A stretch of DNA of 61,943 nucleotides, filler included, from Choristocarpus tenellus KU-1152 (GCA_964200185.2; 7 parts of 7 records of this genome joined end to end with filler, not necessarily neighbours in it), one strand, 5' to 3'; numbered from the whole stretch's first letter, positions 49,744-61,943 are shown. The notes: a model not told the origin generated them from the sequence alone. A program made the numbers and translations.

Positions 49744-50002
49744 GAATCAAAGTATCTTAGAGAGTAGATCCGGGTCCATTTGGAGGCAAAAATCCAATTT
49801 TGTGATTTTGATGTAATTTTGGCAATCGTAATCGTTAGGAGATGTCAATATCCTTGCTCCGGACACATCTTTTCATAGTGTATACATTTTACCTACTCGG
49901 AAACATTTTGAAGGAGGTAGTACGTCATTTAAAACACGTGGGATGTCAAGCCCCAAATGGACAAACAGGGCAAAACTCCTACCCTCTAAGATACTTTCAC
50001 TC
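49744..50002 (+). mobile_element. MITE family A, full length, inserted in Copia gag
   Basis: GAATCAAAGTATCTTAG...CTAAGATACTTTCACTC with a perfect TSD AGTA/AGTA. Confidence 0.92.
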
Positions 50003-50535
50003 AGTACAGATGCCCTCTTAATGTTTTCGGATTTGGGCTCCTTGAGCTCCTCGAATTCCGAAAATAGTTGTTCGAGTTTAACGACAAATCGGTGCTGTCC
50101 TCAGACGCTGCGCACTGTAATTCTCGGAGTTTTGCCTCCAACGTGATGACTTGTATGGGGATTTCGTTCTCCGCGTCCACCGTAGACTCGTTCTAGTTCC
50201 AACCAAGTTCCTCTGCCATCTGGTTGACCTCCATTTTCGTGTTTGGCCACAATAGTGGATGCGGATCCTTCGTTGTTTGTAGAAGGAGAAACCATAATGC
50301 CTTGTTATGCTTGGAGTGTGTGGCATGTGTCGTACGCACTGCCTCTCCCGAGATGGTGGTGGATGTTTTGGGAATCTCGTAATCCCTTGTCATTATTTCG
50401 TACAAACCCTTTCCTCCAGCGTAGGCGATCAGCGACAGTCTCCAAGTTGACCAGGTCTCCAATGACCTTCCTGTCGCCCCTGTCCAGACAGCAAGTTTCT
50501 TCAGGTCAGTCTCCATAATATGAAGGCTCATTACC

Positions 50536-50798
50536 TGTGCAAATTTACCTTGGGAGGTAATCCTATTTATCAGCAGTGAAGACAAGAAGGTGTGAAGCCT
50601 CACACGACCCCCTTTGCTGAACGCGAAAAGAAAGGATGGTTGAAATTAGAAGAGTGACCTTTGTGGGGTGTCCTTTCATTGCTTGTTTATTATTATTTGT
50701 GCTTCCTACTGAAGTCAACAATTAATTCAAAGCAGTTGAATTCAAATAAAAAACCTACACATATTCCATTCATAATTCTGATGTACGTTCTCATTAGT
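50536..50798 (-). repeat. 5' LTR of the Copia element (truncated by MITE B and the gap)
   Basis: Aligns with 44976-45238; ends TGCACA immediately before the PBS on the minus strand. Confidence 0.88.
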
Positions 50799-51098
50799 GG
50801 CTCAAAGTATCTCAGAGGGGGCGCCGCTGTCCATTTCGGGACAATTTTTTCGTGCCGCGAGTTTTGGGTGATTAGGTTCCATACGTTGGATGGATATTGA
50901 AAGTGCACTTTTCCTGGTTTTGCCCAAATGGACACTCTGGTGTAGACCCCCCCACCCCCCCCCCCCCCNNNNNNNNNNNNNNNNNNNNNNNNNNNNNNNN
51001 NNNNNNNNNNNNTTAATTAATTAANNNNNNNNNNNNNNNNNNNNNNNNNNNNNNNNNNNNNNNNNNNNCCCCCCCCCCCCTCCCGGATACTTTGGGAC
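50799..51098 (+). mobile_element. MITE family B spanning a gap
   Basis: GGCTCAAAGTATCTCAGAGGGG...[gap]...CCGGATACTTTGGGAC; the two halves may come from different copies. Confidence 0.75.
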
Positions 51099-51994
51099 AC
51101 ATTTTTTGCTATCCCTATCCATGTTATTGCTGCAAGTGACCTGCTCATCCAACTGGATGCCACAACACACGTTCGCAGGTTGTCAAGACTTCTCCTGACA
51201 GTGCTGCTGTTACAGATGGACCTTTGGGGAGGGCTTTAGGTGGACTCCTTACCTACTTTCCACCATCTGGAACAAAGAGTGCCACCAACAACGAGGTACA
51301 CATATCCATGATATAGACCATAGTGCATCTTGAACACCTTCCTGAGAAAAACAGTTTCCTATCTTGAAAGTATAGATTAATTGATAACGATCTCCAAAGC
51401 ATAACTGAACTCTGCAGTATGTTTTCCGGACTAGTACTCATGAGGCGAATACTTGGTTGGGTGCATCCTTGATTTTTTGCACTATAACCTTAGGTACAGA
51501 ACTAAACTACCGACACATTACTCCCAAGATTTGTTCAGACATGTATGCCTCTTGTGCAGCCATACACGGGTAACATGGAGTTGTATGTGAGCATTTATTC
51601 AAACCATTACTGAGTGGAGAATCGTTTTGCATCAGTGTTCTTGGATATAGTGCTTAGCACTGCCTTGATATTGACCCCCATCATTTGCATACTTTCAGGG
51701 ATGTACATAGGATTTCAGTTTAGTGGGCGGTATGGTATGGCTACAGAAGAAACTGTTGGCGGAGATTGGGCTTAGCTACACTACGTAGTACAGAGTATCA
51801 TCAGTGATTAACATCATACTGTCACACTATCCCGTCCACCGTCCTCCTATGTTTTGTTACCGACTCTCTGATTTTTTATCCAAAAATGGACTCCCCTCCA
51901 ATTTCTGGAGGCCCTACATTTAAAAATAACTCTAAAAATGGGTAGGTCGCCAAAGCAAACCAAGAGCAAGAGACTATGTTTCTAACGTAGATCT

Positions 51995-52246
51995 GAGTTA
52001 AAGCATTTAAGAGGGTAGTGTCGCGTCCGTTTGGGATCATGAATCCAATGTTTGCGATTTTGATCAATTTGGGCTATCTCGTTATTAGCAAGTGTCAATA
52101 TCCTTGATCCAGACACATCTTTCATAGTCGTAATATTTTCGGCGTTCACACAGAAAACCGAAAAAAGGTGTAAGAACCTGTGGGGGAAGTCAAGCCCCAA
52201 ATGGACAAACAGGGCAAAACTCTTACCCTCTTAAATGCTTTGGGCC
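51995..52246 (+). mobile_element. MITE family A variant with altered TIRs
   Basis: Internal sequence is family A; both TIRs read AAAGCATTTAAGAGGGTA; flanks ATCT/ATCC. Confidence 0.88.
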
Positions 52247-55200
52247 ATCCCACCTTCCTTCTCCCATCGTGTTCTAGAGTATGCCTAAGTGAAAGAATGT
52301 AGAAATATCCACCTTCCAATCTTACAGTTTCGTGCATACCCCTTCACACAGGAAAACTGGAGTTTCCTTTGGGAGGCTTTCACCCCTGTTGACCTGGTTT
52401 TGAGGTGTGACTTGAACAATGACGACACCAAAGCGGGGCTATGCCATTCACTTCACACTTACTACCTTGGGCCCAAGAAGGTACCTATAAAAAAGTTGGA
52501 AGCATTTTGTATGTCTCTGTTGCTCTGATGCACCTTTTCTTGCCTCCACATAAGTAGGAGCGTCTTCTCAACCCTATACAATTGACGCTATGATTAGCTT
52601 AGAGTTATCATGAATGGTATCCTACAAACAGTTCCGACCAGGCCATGCCAAACAGCTTCAGTCCCATTCAACTCCAGAAGTACTATGAATTAGACAACTC
52701 ACCAAGTGAACGAGATTTCCCCCTGACACAGGGGATTCTACCCAGCCTTACTAAGAAAATATAGAGTACTTGTGAGTTACAGACAAATGGGATCATGGAT
52801 GGTGCCAACAAACCAACCAATGCACTTCAACCTTGCTTGATTGGATATGAAAGGTTCTTGTTTGATCCTCCTGACTTGGCTATGAATGACGCTGGACACC
52901 ATGATCACGCGGGTGAAGTGTCCGTAGCCGAAAAGACGATGAAAATCCCTAGTTACAGCTTTGGATACGCACAGAGCAATATTGTCTTATCAAGTATTGT
53001 ATACCCATACTTCAAGACTCGAATCTTCATTTCTCATTCAGTTTTCGAGATTAACCTGGAAATTTTGAGGGCATTTTCGATTTAATATGTAGAAGAAGAT
53101 CAAGGGTCAAGGGTGTTCACCTAAAATGAAGATACGACACTTATTTCGCCACCAAAGGGGAAAGAAATGTATTTTCGTCAAGTATTAGGGTGTTAATGCA
53201 AAATGAAATTAATTAAGGTGTTTTGTCTAACTGCGATAAGAATATCCACTACGAAAATCAGTATCCACAAGATGAAATTCACTATCAAAAAGAAGAAATG
53301 GAAAAAACAAGAAACTCCACCCGGAGGTGACGGGCAAATTTAAACCATCTTCAACACGGTTAGCGCCCCGTGACGAAAGAGCAGTGTGCCATAGCCCGTG
53401 TTAGCTTCCATCTATTTCGACCCTTCCCTGGACATTTCTCAGCGGATTGAGCGATGCAGGTAGGTCTTTGCCTGAATGGTGTCGAATTCTATCGCTCGCC
53501 CTGTCTGTGGCTAAACCAAGTGGGGATCGAAGTTTATTGGCTGGGGAACAGATGTGACTGGTCGAACGGGTTTTGATGCAATACTTTTTGGAGTGAACGA
53601 GGTCCATATTTCGCAGGAACCAAAGCAGGTTGTTTGTTTACGGCAGCACAGACAGTGGTCGAGGAGTTCTGGGTCAAACAGGTTGAGATATTGGTCCGAG
53701 GGTTACCAGTACACTGTTGACAACCTCTTGTTGTGGTAGTGAAATTTGACTTGATACCTCATCGTGCATGGACGTCCTGTACTGGCGAGGTAGTCCTAGT
53801 ACTTCATAACGATCGTGGCTTCGGCTAAGGCAGCGAAAGGGTGTGACATGCTAACAAACATAGCACGCACATCTGTCATGCCACAATACCCAAACCATTA
53901 TGAGTCTTGTCCTTGTACAATACAGCTTTTGTAGCATTGTGGTTGGCTAAAACAAACGCGTATTGGTCGGCTCGATTGGATCATTCCTCCAGGAGATCAT
54001 CAAACCTTTGAGTGTTGCCTTGAGGGTCTTACCGAAGCCACAATGCTTTTCACTATTGTTTCACACTTGAAATGGGAAATTTCGTAACATTTGATAGTGA
54101 GAAACACTAATAGCAGAACACGAGGTGATAGATAAGACTTTCCGATAGTGAATTTCATTTTACGCAAACACTCTATTAACTATGGCATTTTTCAAAGTAC
54201 GCCCCTTTGCCCTTCTTCTAAACAATACGACCAGACTGTAGCAGAAGTAGTACATTTTATTCTTTGTACTTCAAAGTAATAAAATGCCTAGGCTGGGTTG
54301 TGTTCTAAGGGTATCGTGACTATCTTTGCCGAATAAAACACATCGCCTCGTCCAGTTGTCGGACGTAAATTGCTCGTATCTATTCTTGAGTTTAGACAGC
54401 CGAAAGACATGCCGTCCGTGCCCTCTAGACTCGGCGTCAAATATAGACTTACGCATTCGTGCGTAATACTGAGTGGTCAATTGTAGAAGACTGTTGCGAG
54501 TCAATTGTTTGACGCTGGACTTAGAAGCCATGGCTATCCAACACCCTAGTGGAATTATTTGTAGCAATAAGTATAGTACTTCTTTACTCCACCAATAGTC
54601 ATGTGCCTGATCCCTCACCCCACACCAAGTCCCACAAAGACACCCCTGCCCCTTCGTACCCCCCCTCTCTGGACTCCATCTTTCCCTCCATAGCTTTACT
54701 GCATGTGCCAATGAACCTATCAGCAGCACCAAAATCTTATTTTCTAAGTATTCCATTCTTTCATATATCTCACCTGCGCTCTCTCAGGGGGGGCTGGTTC
54801 TTTGCGAATCACCTCGGTGTAATGAGATACTCTGGAACTCCAAAAAGTCTTTGAGGGCTTCACTCAAAAAGGTAAGAGACAGCGACAGGTAATGCAGGCA
54901 GAGGAGTTTGAGGGACTGGGTCAAAATGGAGAGATTGTGGATATTATGTAACAAATGGGAGACTGAGGAGGCTATGATCCTAGGTGATCGAACCATGGAC
55001 TTCTCGGTGACAAACTAGGATAGCATGCATTTCATGGTGTCAACCCCTGAATTTCAGGTAAGTTGACATGGTGTGATTATTTTCACATACAATGAGATGC
55101 ATGATCATACTCACATCAATGACTTGTATCATCCAGCTTTTCCTGCGACTTGTCGTGTGACCAAAGACCGGATGCCTTTGTCATCGTTCTCAAGTTGACC

Positions 55201-55816
55201 AAGGTGTAGAGGAGGGGGTTTGCTGCTGCTGCTGGCACGGGACTAGGATAAAGTATTTTCAGTGTCATTGATAGTTAAGCACCTTTCTCTAACGACCTCA
55301 CATTTTCCCACAACTCTATCATTGTCTGTGATCAAGGGCATGTCCTCCATCTTCCGGAGGGGCAAAGGCAGACACCAGACACGGCTCAGCAGTGCAATCA
55401 TCTCTGTGAAGGAGCATGGCCGGCTCTACCTGAGGGACTCTTCCAATAAGGAGATGGGATACCACCTGGACCTCAACCGTGGTGAAGAAGCAACAGGACG
55501 TGATGCTGTGGGTGGGTTTTGTCGAGGACACCTCCAACTGTGCAATTTTACTTTTGCATGAGTAGGATAGGTATAATGTGTGCACATGGTGGCTGTGTAT
55601 TCTCACTTTGCTAGTAGGAGTTGGGCAGTAGGAGAGAGGAGAGAATCTAAGTTAGGATGTTTGTGCAAGTACTCGTGATTAATGAATTTGAACTTCACCA
55701 TGGTCGAGAGGAATTCACCATTGTTATCCAAACTTGCTTGCTTCAGTTACAAGCCTTATATAATTGTTTATTGGTGTTATTATTGGGTATTTAAAGATGG
55801 AGCTGGTAGACACAGG

Positions 55817-56126
55817 AGCACTTTATGTTAATACAGAGCTCTACAGGAGAAATCTTTGTCAGCTCGATTCTCTCATTTTCAACAAATAGTATCACCACAT
55901 AACCAATATTAGTCAAGAACTCTGTAAGTGCATTGTTAACTGGTGTGAGATATATGTACAGCACTTCTACACAGAAGCACTTTATGTCAACATAGAGTTC
56001 CACAGAGAAACCTTTGTCCGCTTGATTATCTCATTTCTAACAAAGTGCATTACTACCTGTCCGTTATCAGGCAAGAGCCCTATAACTGTATTGATAACAA
56101 GTATGAGATACGTGTACAGCACATCA
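55817..56126. repeat. Imperfect ~159-bp tandem repeat (about 2 units)
   Basis: AGCACTTTATGT...GAGATA(T/C)(A/G)TGTACAGCAC recurs at 55817 and 55976. Confidence 0.75.
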
Positions 56127-58239
56127 ATTGGAGCAATGGCAAGGTTGAGGGGTAATGCACAGAGCACCAGAAGCAGTATTTTCGCCAATATAATAGTTTT
56201 TTTGGTGCATTGATCCAATAGAATATGATTGACCTGCAATCTTTCCACCACCTTATTCTTGCTACTTCCCATTGGTATATAATTTCTCATCACTTAGTAA
56301 GGATACTGGAAGGACTTGAAGAATGTTTCAGGTACATGAAACAAATTCTAGGGTCAAATCTCCTTCCGATTCCCCTCCATTCCCCCACCCCTCCTGCCTC
56401 ATTTCCTTACACTATATATCCATCTCCTTCTTATCCCTTGTATTTTCCTCAGTGGACAACAAGAAGTACGTGGCGGTTCTTGGTCGCAAGGGCAGCCTGT
56501 GTGTCTATTCCCCTGTAGAAGGAGCAGAGTTTTGGTCGGGATCGGGCATTAACAAAGCACATGTGTACTCTGATATCGATGTCTGTGATTGACTTGTTCG
56601 TGGGAACTTACTGCAGATAAGTGTGTGTTTGTGATCCACAGGTTGTCTGTCACCAAGTATACAGGTAGCAGAATGCAGTAGAAAAGGCAGAGACTCAGTA
56701 CCCAAGATAGGATGGAAGGGCGTTTGACAAACCTCTGCCTCTCTGTTTGCATTCTTCCGCTCGTTTATCCTCCTTCACACACCCAAAAGCAAATTCCATT
56801 CAACAGCAGATGCTACACACCATCCATCATTTCAACATTGGTGAGGAGGGATAAGCAACATATTTTTGTAGTACTGGGGCTCACCTCATGCTGTAGCCCC
56901 ATGACTCATGGCAACCAGCTGATCCCTAGCGTTTCCTAAACTTTGGGTTCACCCATTATTGTATTTTTCCTTTCTAGATTTGCTCGTTGAGTGTTCTAGA
57001 TGGTATAGTGTGTATATGTAAAGCGTTGTATATGATTTTGTGTGTCTGATTTAGTTTGTATAAATGTAGGTGTTGTATACATGGTTTTTGTATATTTGAT
57101 TTCTTTGGGTTGTACCTTTGGTCTGAGGTTGATTCATTTTCTCTCTAGGTTCCCCCAGTGCTGGTGAGATGGGACCGTGAATTTGTTGTTGTGATCAGCA
57201 ATAGCAATCAAATGGGATTCCCGTTGAAGCACACCATTCGCTTCATCATTTTCACACACTCGTGTTACAGTGGTGATGAAAGTGAACAGAGTAGAGATCG
57301 ACTGTTGTAACAAGCACACATATTTCAATCATCATCGTGCATGTTTACTTGAAAGTTGGATCACCTGAAGACCATGTGGAAAGGAACCTGTCGGGAGCCT
57401 ATGATACAAGGCCAACCAGGCAGTGTTGTGTTTGGTAGGATGTGTATCGTTCTTTCTCTAGAGTACCCGGTGTTCGTGTCGTTGTTTGAACTGGAAAATC
57501 AAAAGAGGTGATTGCTCAACCATGATGAGGTGGGTTGAGAGGGTGGTTTAGACATTGAAACAACCCTATTCTCCACCACTGGATTGATATAATCTTGTGT
57601 ATCACTTAGTAGAGGCTGGGGTACGACCAGACATGGTGGGGTACGAATAATTGAAGAGGATGGAACAGGCCTGTGGATGTAATGCGCATGAAGGTATCTT
57701 GTATACCTTGAGGCAAGGAAGTGGGTCATGCATATGGAATGATTCCTTGACTTACCCACAAGTGTGTTACAAGCGCACAAGAGGTGGTTGATCAGTCAGA
57801 GGGGTCTTACTACTGGTCACTACAAATACCAAATGTGTGTGTATAGCAGGAGATCTAGCAACCAAGCACAGTCACTCCGTGTTGTTGGTGCACAGTGCTG
57901 AGTTTCTGATTGGAGAATTCTTTCCACTATGTGGGCAATATTTGTGTTCGGGTGTTTGTAGTGAACCTATGACCTGATTTTAGTGCTCCAACAGTGTAGA
58001 ACTCTATTGGGAATTATCACACCTTCCACAACATTTCAATATTGCAACACTATGTTAACGCAAAAGTTTCTACTTTTCGCAAAATGTTGCGTGCATAACA
58101 TATCTTCAGTATTATATATTATGCTTTTTGACATTTTTGTAGATATGTCCCAGGAAAAAAGTATTTGATACAATCTGGAGGTGTTACAGGCACAATATAG
58201 TGCTGGATATATTTTCGTCATCAGTGTTAAAGGCACATA

Positions 58240-58294
58240 CATACTATGCCCTCTGATATTATACAGATGTGTCAGGGTAAAAACCAATGAAAAC
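58240..58294 (-). repeat. Hairpin/(TAA)n-tail short repeat, diverged copy flanked by a CACATA direct repeat
   Basis: TATGCCCTCTGATATTATACAGATGTGTCAGGGTAAAAACCAATGAAAAC; CACATA at 58234-58239 and 58295-58300. Confidence 0.75.
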
Positions 58295-58303
58295 CACATA
58301 TAG

Positions 58304-58480
58304 GGGTCAAAGTATCTGGGCGGGGGGTACCGGCGTCCGTTTTTCACCCTTTTTTCGATTTTCACTTTTTTGTTGTGATTTGGTCGCACGTGTCGGATTT
58401 GAAAGGTCAGCAAAAAAAAAGGTTTGACCGAAACGGATGCCTCCTCACAAACCACCCCCCCCCCCCAGACACTTTAACCC
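58304..58480 (+). mobile_element. MITE family B-related element (177 bp)
   Basis: GGGTCAAAGTATCTGGG...CCCAGACACTTTAACCC with a perfect TSD ATAG/ATAG. Confidence 0.85.
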
Positions 58481-61400
58481 ATAGGGCGTATCATTTTTTG
58501 TCTTTTACTGTAATACGTATGGTGTAATAATACGAAATATAATGTTACAATAGTGTATTTAATCATCAACGAAAAAACAGTTTACTGTGATGTAACACGA
58601 TACTTCATGTTATGAAGACAATAACGGCGAATGTGCTGGCATAGGTAAGGGGTGTCTACATGGGATCTACAACATCAAATGAAGGAAATAATAAAACATC
58701 TGAACTTCCCATCACACATCAAAGTCATCACCAAAAATATAACAGAAACAAAGCACAACAAATGAAAAGTGATGTAATTCTGGGGCAGTCAGCAAAAATG
58801 GTATATTTGGATCATGAAGGGGTAGTAAAAAAAAAGTGTCAAGACCTGGTGGAGTAGGTACATCTACTGGCTGACCAAGCATAAGTCCAATTGTTGTGCT
58901 TGTTGATCAAGAAGTGCCAAAGAAAGATTGCAGGGAGGTTTCAGAGTCTGTATCCTTGCCGTCATGTACGAAATCACAAAGTTTTGAGCATATGAGAAAG
59001 CTGTTGTGTCCTGTGAATATTGCTGTTATCAAATTACAGCTAAGAAATATTCGCATTCGCTTGCCTGGGTGCATCATGAACATGTGATGAAAAAGTTGAA
59101 CAAAAAAATCAAGTTCTATCTTTTATGGTACACAAGGCATACATATATATGGGGTAGATCCAGAAGCCCATAAGATGGTTTCTCTTACAACCATATCACT
59201 GTCCACCACATACTAGTAGTAAAGACATTGTTTTACGTGCACAATTTTTCACATACAAACTAGGCAGAGTAATCGGGCTCTAATCTTGTCTGCATTGGTG
59301 TGCTAAATAGGACTTCCTCCAATGGTGTGTATCAACCGAAAAGCAAAATCATAGTCATTTTACCACACCAATGCAAACAGAAAAAATATAACAAAATGTC
59401 TTGGCACACAGATTCTGACAAAAACTGGATAGTCATCAAATAAAAATTTGGGGGTCAGTGGGGTAACATGATGAAATGTGGTATATCTATGACAGTGTAT
59501 ACAAGTTTATCTTAAACAGTGCCAAGGGGGTGAGGGTTGGTCATACTCTAATACTAAATACAACCTAGTTAACTACCCTGGAGGAGAGCGGATACTGATT
59601 CAATGACAAAAAGGTTGTTGGATATCAGATTCATCATGTCATCATTAGTCCTTGATAAAACAGGAACACATGGAAGAAGAACACTGCTTCAAGTAATAAA
59701 AAGAAAAAAGATGGAAAGCAACCCTGCAAGTTCCCAAAATATCTTGTCTACCACGGTAGTGCCTAAACCTGGGACAGACCATGTTGAATGCACAGATCCA
59801 AGGGACAGTGGGTGATGGATGGGATCATCCCTACTCACCAGCCACTACTTGTAAGAAAGAGGAGAATTCATTTCAAAATAGATTAATAAAATAAATCGTT
59901 GAAATTCCCCCCTTAATGACCAATGGATGGCCATAGGCAGGGTCACTGTGGGTTTCAACTCTGATAGAATAGTACCCACTCTGGAGAACAAGCCCAGAGG
60001 TCCACATAGTGGAAGTGGGGGGGCAACTCATCACCTCTTGGGAGCAAAGGACCAGTAGTCTGGTGGGGAATTCCTTCTGTCCTCACGAGGATTATTTTTT
60101 TATGTCAATTTTTCTTGACGAAAAATGTCATCCCAAACTCCACATAAAAAAATATGTTGAGATTGGAACCTTACACTACATAAAACAAATGAACACAAAA
60201 ATGGTCATTGCCTTAGCTTCAGCAAAAGGGTGGTACAAGAGTGAAAAAGCTATGTCTCAAGAGCCAACAGCACTTCATGTTAAAAGTGTTTAACGTTGGC
60301 TCTGTCATTAATCGCTTTTACACTATGCCTCTCCCTAATGAATCTAACGCCTCGATTAGGGTGATTCAAGGAATGACCTTACATGCGAGATCACTGCATC
60401 CACCTCCTGTGAGGTTTCACAGCGTCCCTGCCCCCAATGCTTTTTGCTGTGGATGAGTGTACCGGTATTCTTGAGGACGATCTCGAAACGTCCGGTGACG
60501 CCTGGGTCCTCAAGGGGTACTAGTTCCACCTAAAGGAGACGGAAATATAAGAACACAACATACGACCCTTCGATCAGGTTTGACACCAACATGTGAAGGG
60601 AGGGTTGCCATTTTTCTTGCCAGCATACGACTAAATCCTCAACCCCATTACACCAAGATGTGTGCGCATTTTAAATTACACATCACTACCTGGTAGGACT
60701 TAGGTTTGAATGACAAGGTGTTTGGAAGGCATATGTCCACTGTAGTAGATAGGCACACTACAGTAGGAGTTAAAAGTTTTCGTGAATGCAACAAAATTTT
60801 GTTCTGATTACAATCTAAATCAGCACACTATTGACCCGAGTATCACTTTAGGCCCAATCTGCGACACCATCGTTTCTTCTGGGGGTTGTGTTGCTTATAA
60901 AGGAGCTGTACGATACCTAACTATATTTTGAAAGCTGGATTACAAACCGAAGACATTGAGATGGATAAATATATATGAATGGGGAAAAAAAGTAGAAGAA
61001 ACGAAGATAGATTTAAATGATAACGCTCCCAGATCATCTTTCTCTCTATATTTGATGTCGGGGGAATCTTTGCAGTCTTCTCAGCGCTTCGTGGCTACAC
61101 CTCTTACCAATTCATCAGATGCAACATCAATCTCTTCTCAAGTCCCACTTTCCCAATGGTGCAGATTTAAAAAAAAAACACGCAAAGATGTGTATCTATA
61201 GTAAGGAAACTGGAGAGTGGGGGAAGGAGAGAAGGAGAGTTGAAGGCAAGCCGCTAGATTAAAAAAACTACATACTATAGAGAAACTTCCAGTTTTAAAG
61301 AGTTTCTACGAAGAGTGTAGAGAGAGACTGGACGAGATCACTCAAGGGCATCGGTGAATTTCCAGTGTGTCGATAAGAATCAGCACGATGCTACTTCGGA

Positions 61401-61846
61401 GTCACCACCCACTACATGGCAATAGGGTACACAACTCTAAACGGTTGACCATTGCACCGAGATCAAGTTTGTGGAAAAGTTTGCCTGATCGCCAAATACA
61501 GCTTTGAGTTGTGGTACTAGGCGATTGAAGAAGCGTCCGTAGCCTCACCCGCCGCAGTACGTGATCTCCAGGCGTGCTACTTTGCTTCCAGTTGCAGACA
61601 TTGTTCCCTTTTTTGGTGCAGGTCACAATAGACGAGGTCGAAGATTGAAGATAGCAGTTATACCCCTTTACCCCTTCTCATTTTTGCTTCCTGTCGGTAA
61701 GGAAGGTTTTATTTTCTATGTGTGCGGTCGGTAGGATATCGCCATATATCTTACAAGAAATATGTGTCCAAATCTTGATGAAAGTGTGGACCCCAATGTC
61801 TTACAGTATTCTTATGTTTAGGACATTTTATATACACATATGTATA

Positions 61847-61943
61847 TTTTATTATTATGCCCTCTGACATTTTGCAGATGTGTCAGGGGGGAAACCAATG
61901 AAAACTATACATTTGTCGTTATTAACCCTAAAGAAATAAAATA
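61847..61943 (-). repeat. Hairpin/(TAA)n-tail short repeat, long copy running off the window end
   Basis: Near-identical to the reverse complement of ~36265-36364. Confidence 0.85.

Larger units (their letters stand above)
44976..50798 (-). mobile_element. Ty1/Copia LTR retrotransposon, decayed and interrupted by MITEs
   Basis: Order on the minus strand: 5' LTR, PBS GGTAATGAGCC (50525-50535), gag (~50520-49500), protease ILCDSGANVHL (~49270), GAG-pre-integrase WHNLLGHI and rve (48915-48300), RT (YGLKQS, HYVDDI, TRPDL), RNase H (GYGDSDW, STSSSEA), PPT ATGGGGGAG (45666-45674), 3' LTR. Stops and frameshifts present. Confidence 0.93.

Noticed and set aside
45291-52246. Regularly recurring ~258-bp repeats considered as a CRISPR-like array
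   Set aside because: Too long, irregularly spaced, in both orientations, with TIRs and TSDs; they are MITEs.
57100-61700. Possible degenerate transposase or viral fragments
   Set aside because: Stops in all frames and no diagnostic motif I can support.

Overview
Eukaryotic, intron-containing DNA, most likely from a photosynthetic stramenopile such as a brown alga or a close relative. The evidence is an aureochrome gene, GT-AG introns and TTAGGG repeats. The scaffold has six 100-nt gap spacers (N44-TTAATTAATTAA-N44) and one 10-N gap, so adjacency across gaps is uncertain. Genes modelled by hand: (1) aureochrome, a bZIP-LOV blue-light transcription factor on the minus strand with an 18-nt micro-exon in the LOV domain; (2) head-to-head with it, splicing factor SF3A2/Prp11 fused to a divergent, lysine-poor 76-aa ubiquitin-like domain ending in LRIRGG, with Ile where SF3A2 normally starts with Met (the most striking observation); (3) a WDR44-like WD40 protein; (4) a partial VPS13-family gene with a C2 domain; (5) an NADH-cytochrome b5 reductase with a near-perfect 87-nt hairpin in its last intron. 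The rest is transposon-rich: an old Copia element with LTRs, a half-tRNA-type PBS and a PPT; Gypsy remnants; twelve copies of related MITEs with 4-bp TSDs (Sola2-like); and a small hairpin/(TAA)n-tailed repeat family often found next to gene starts.
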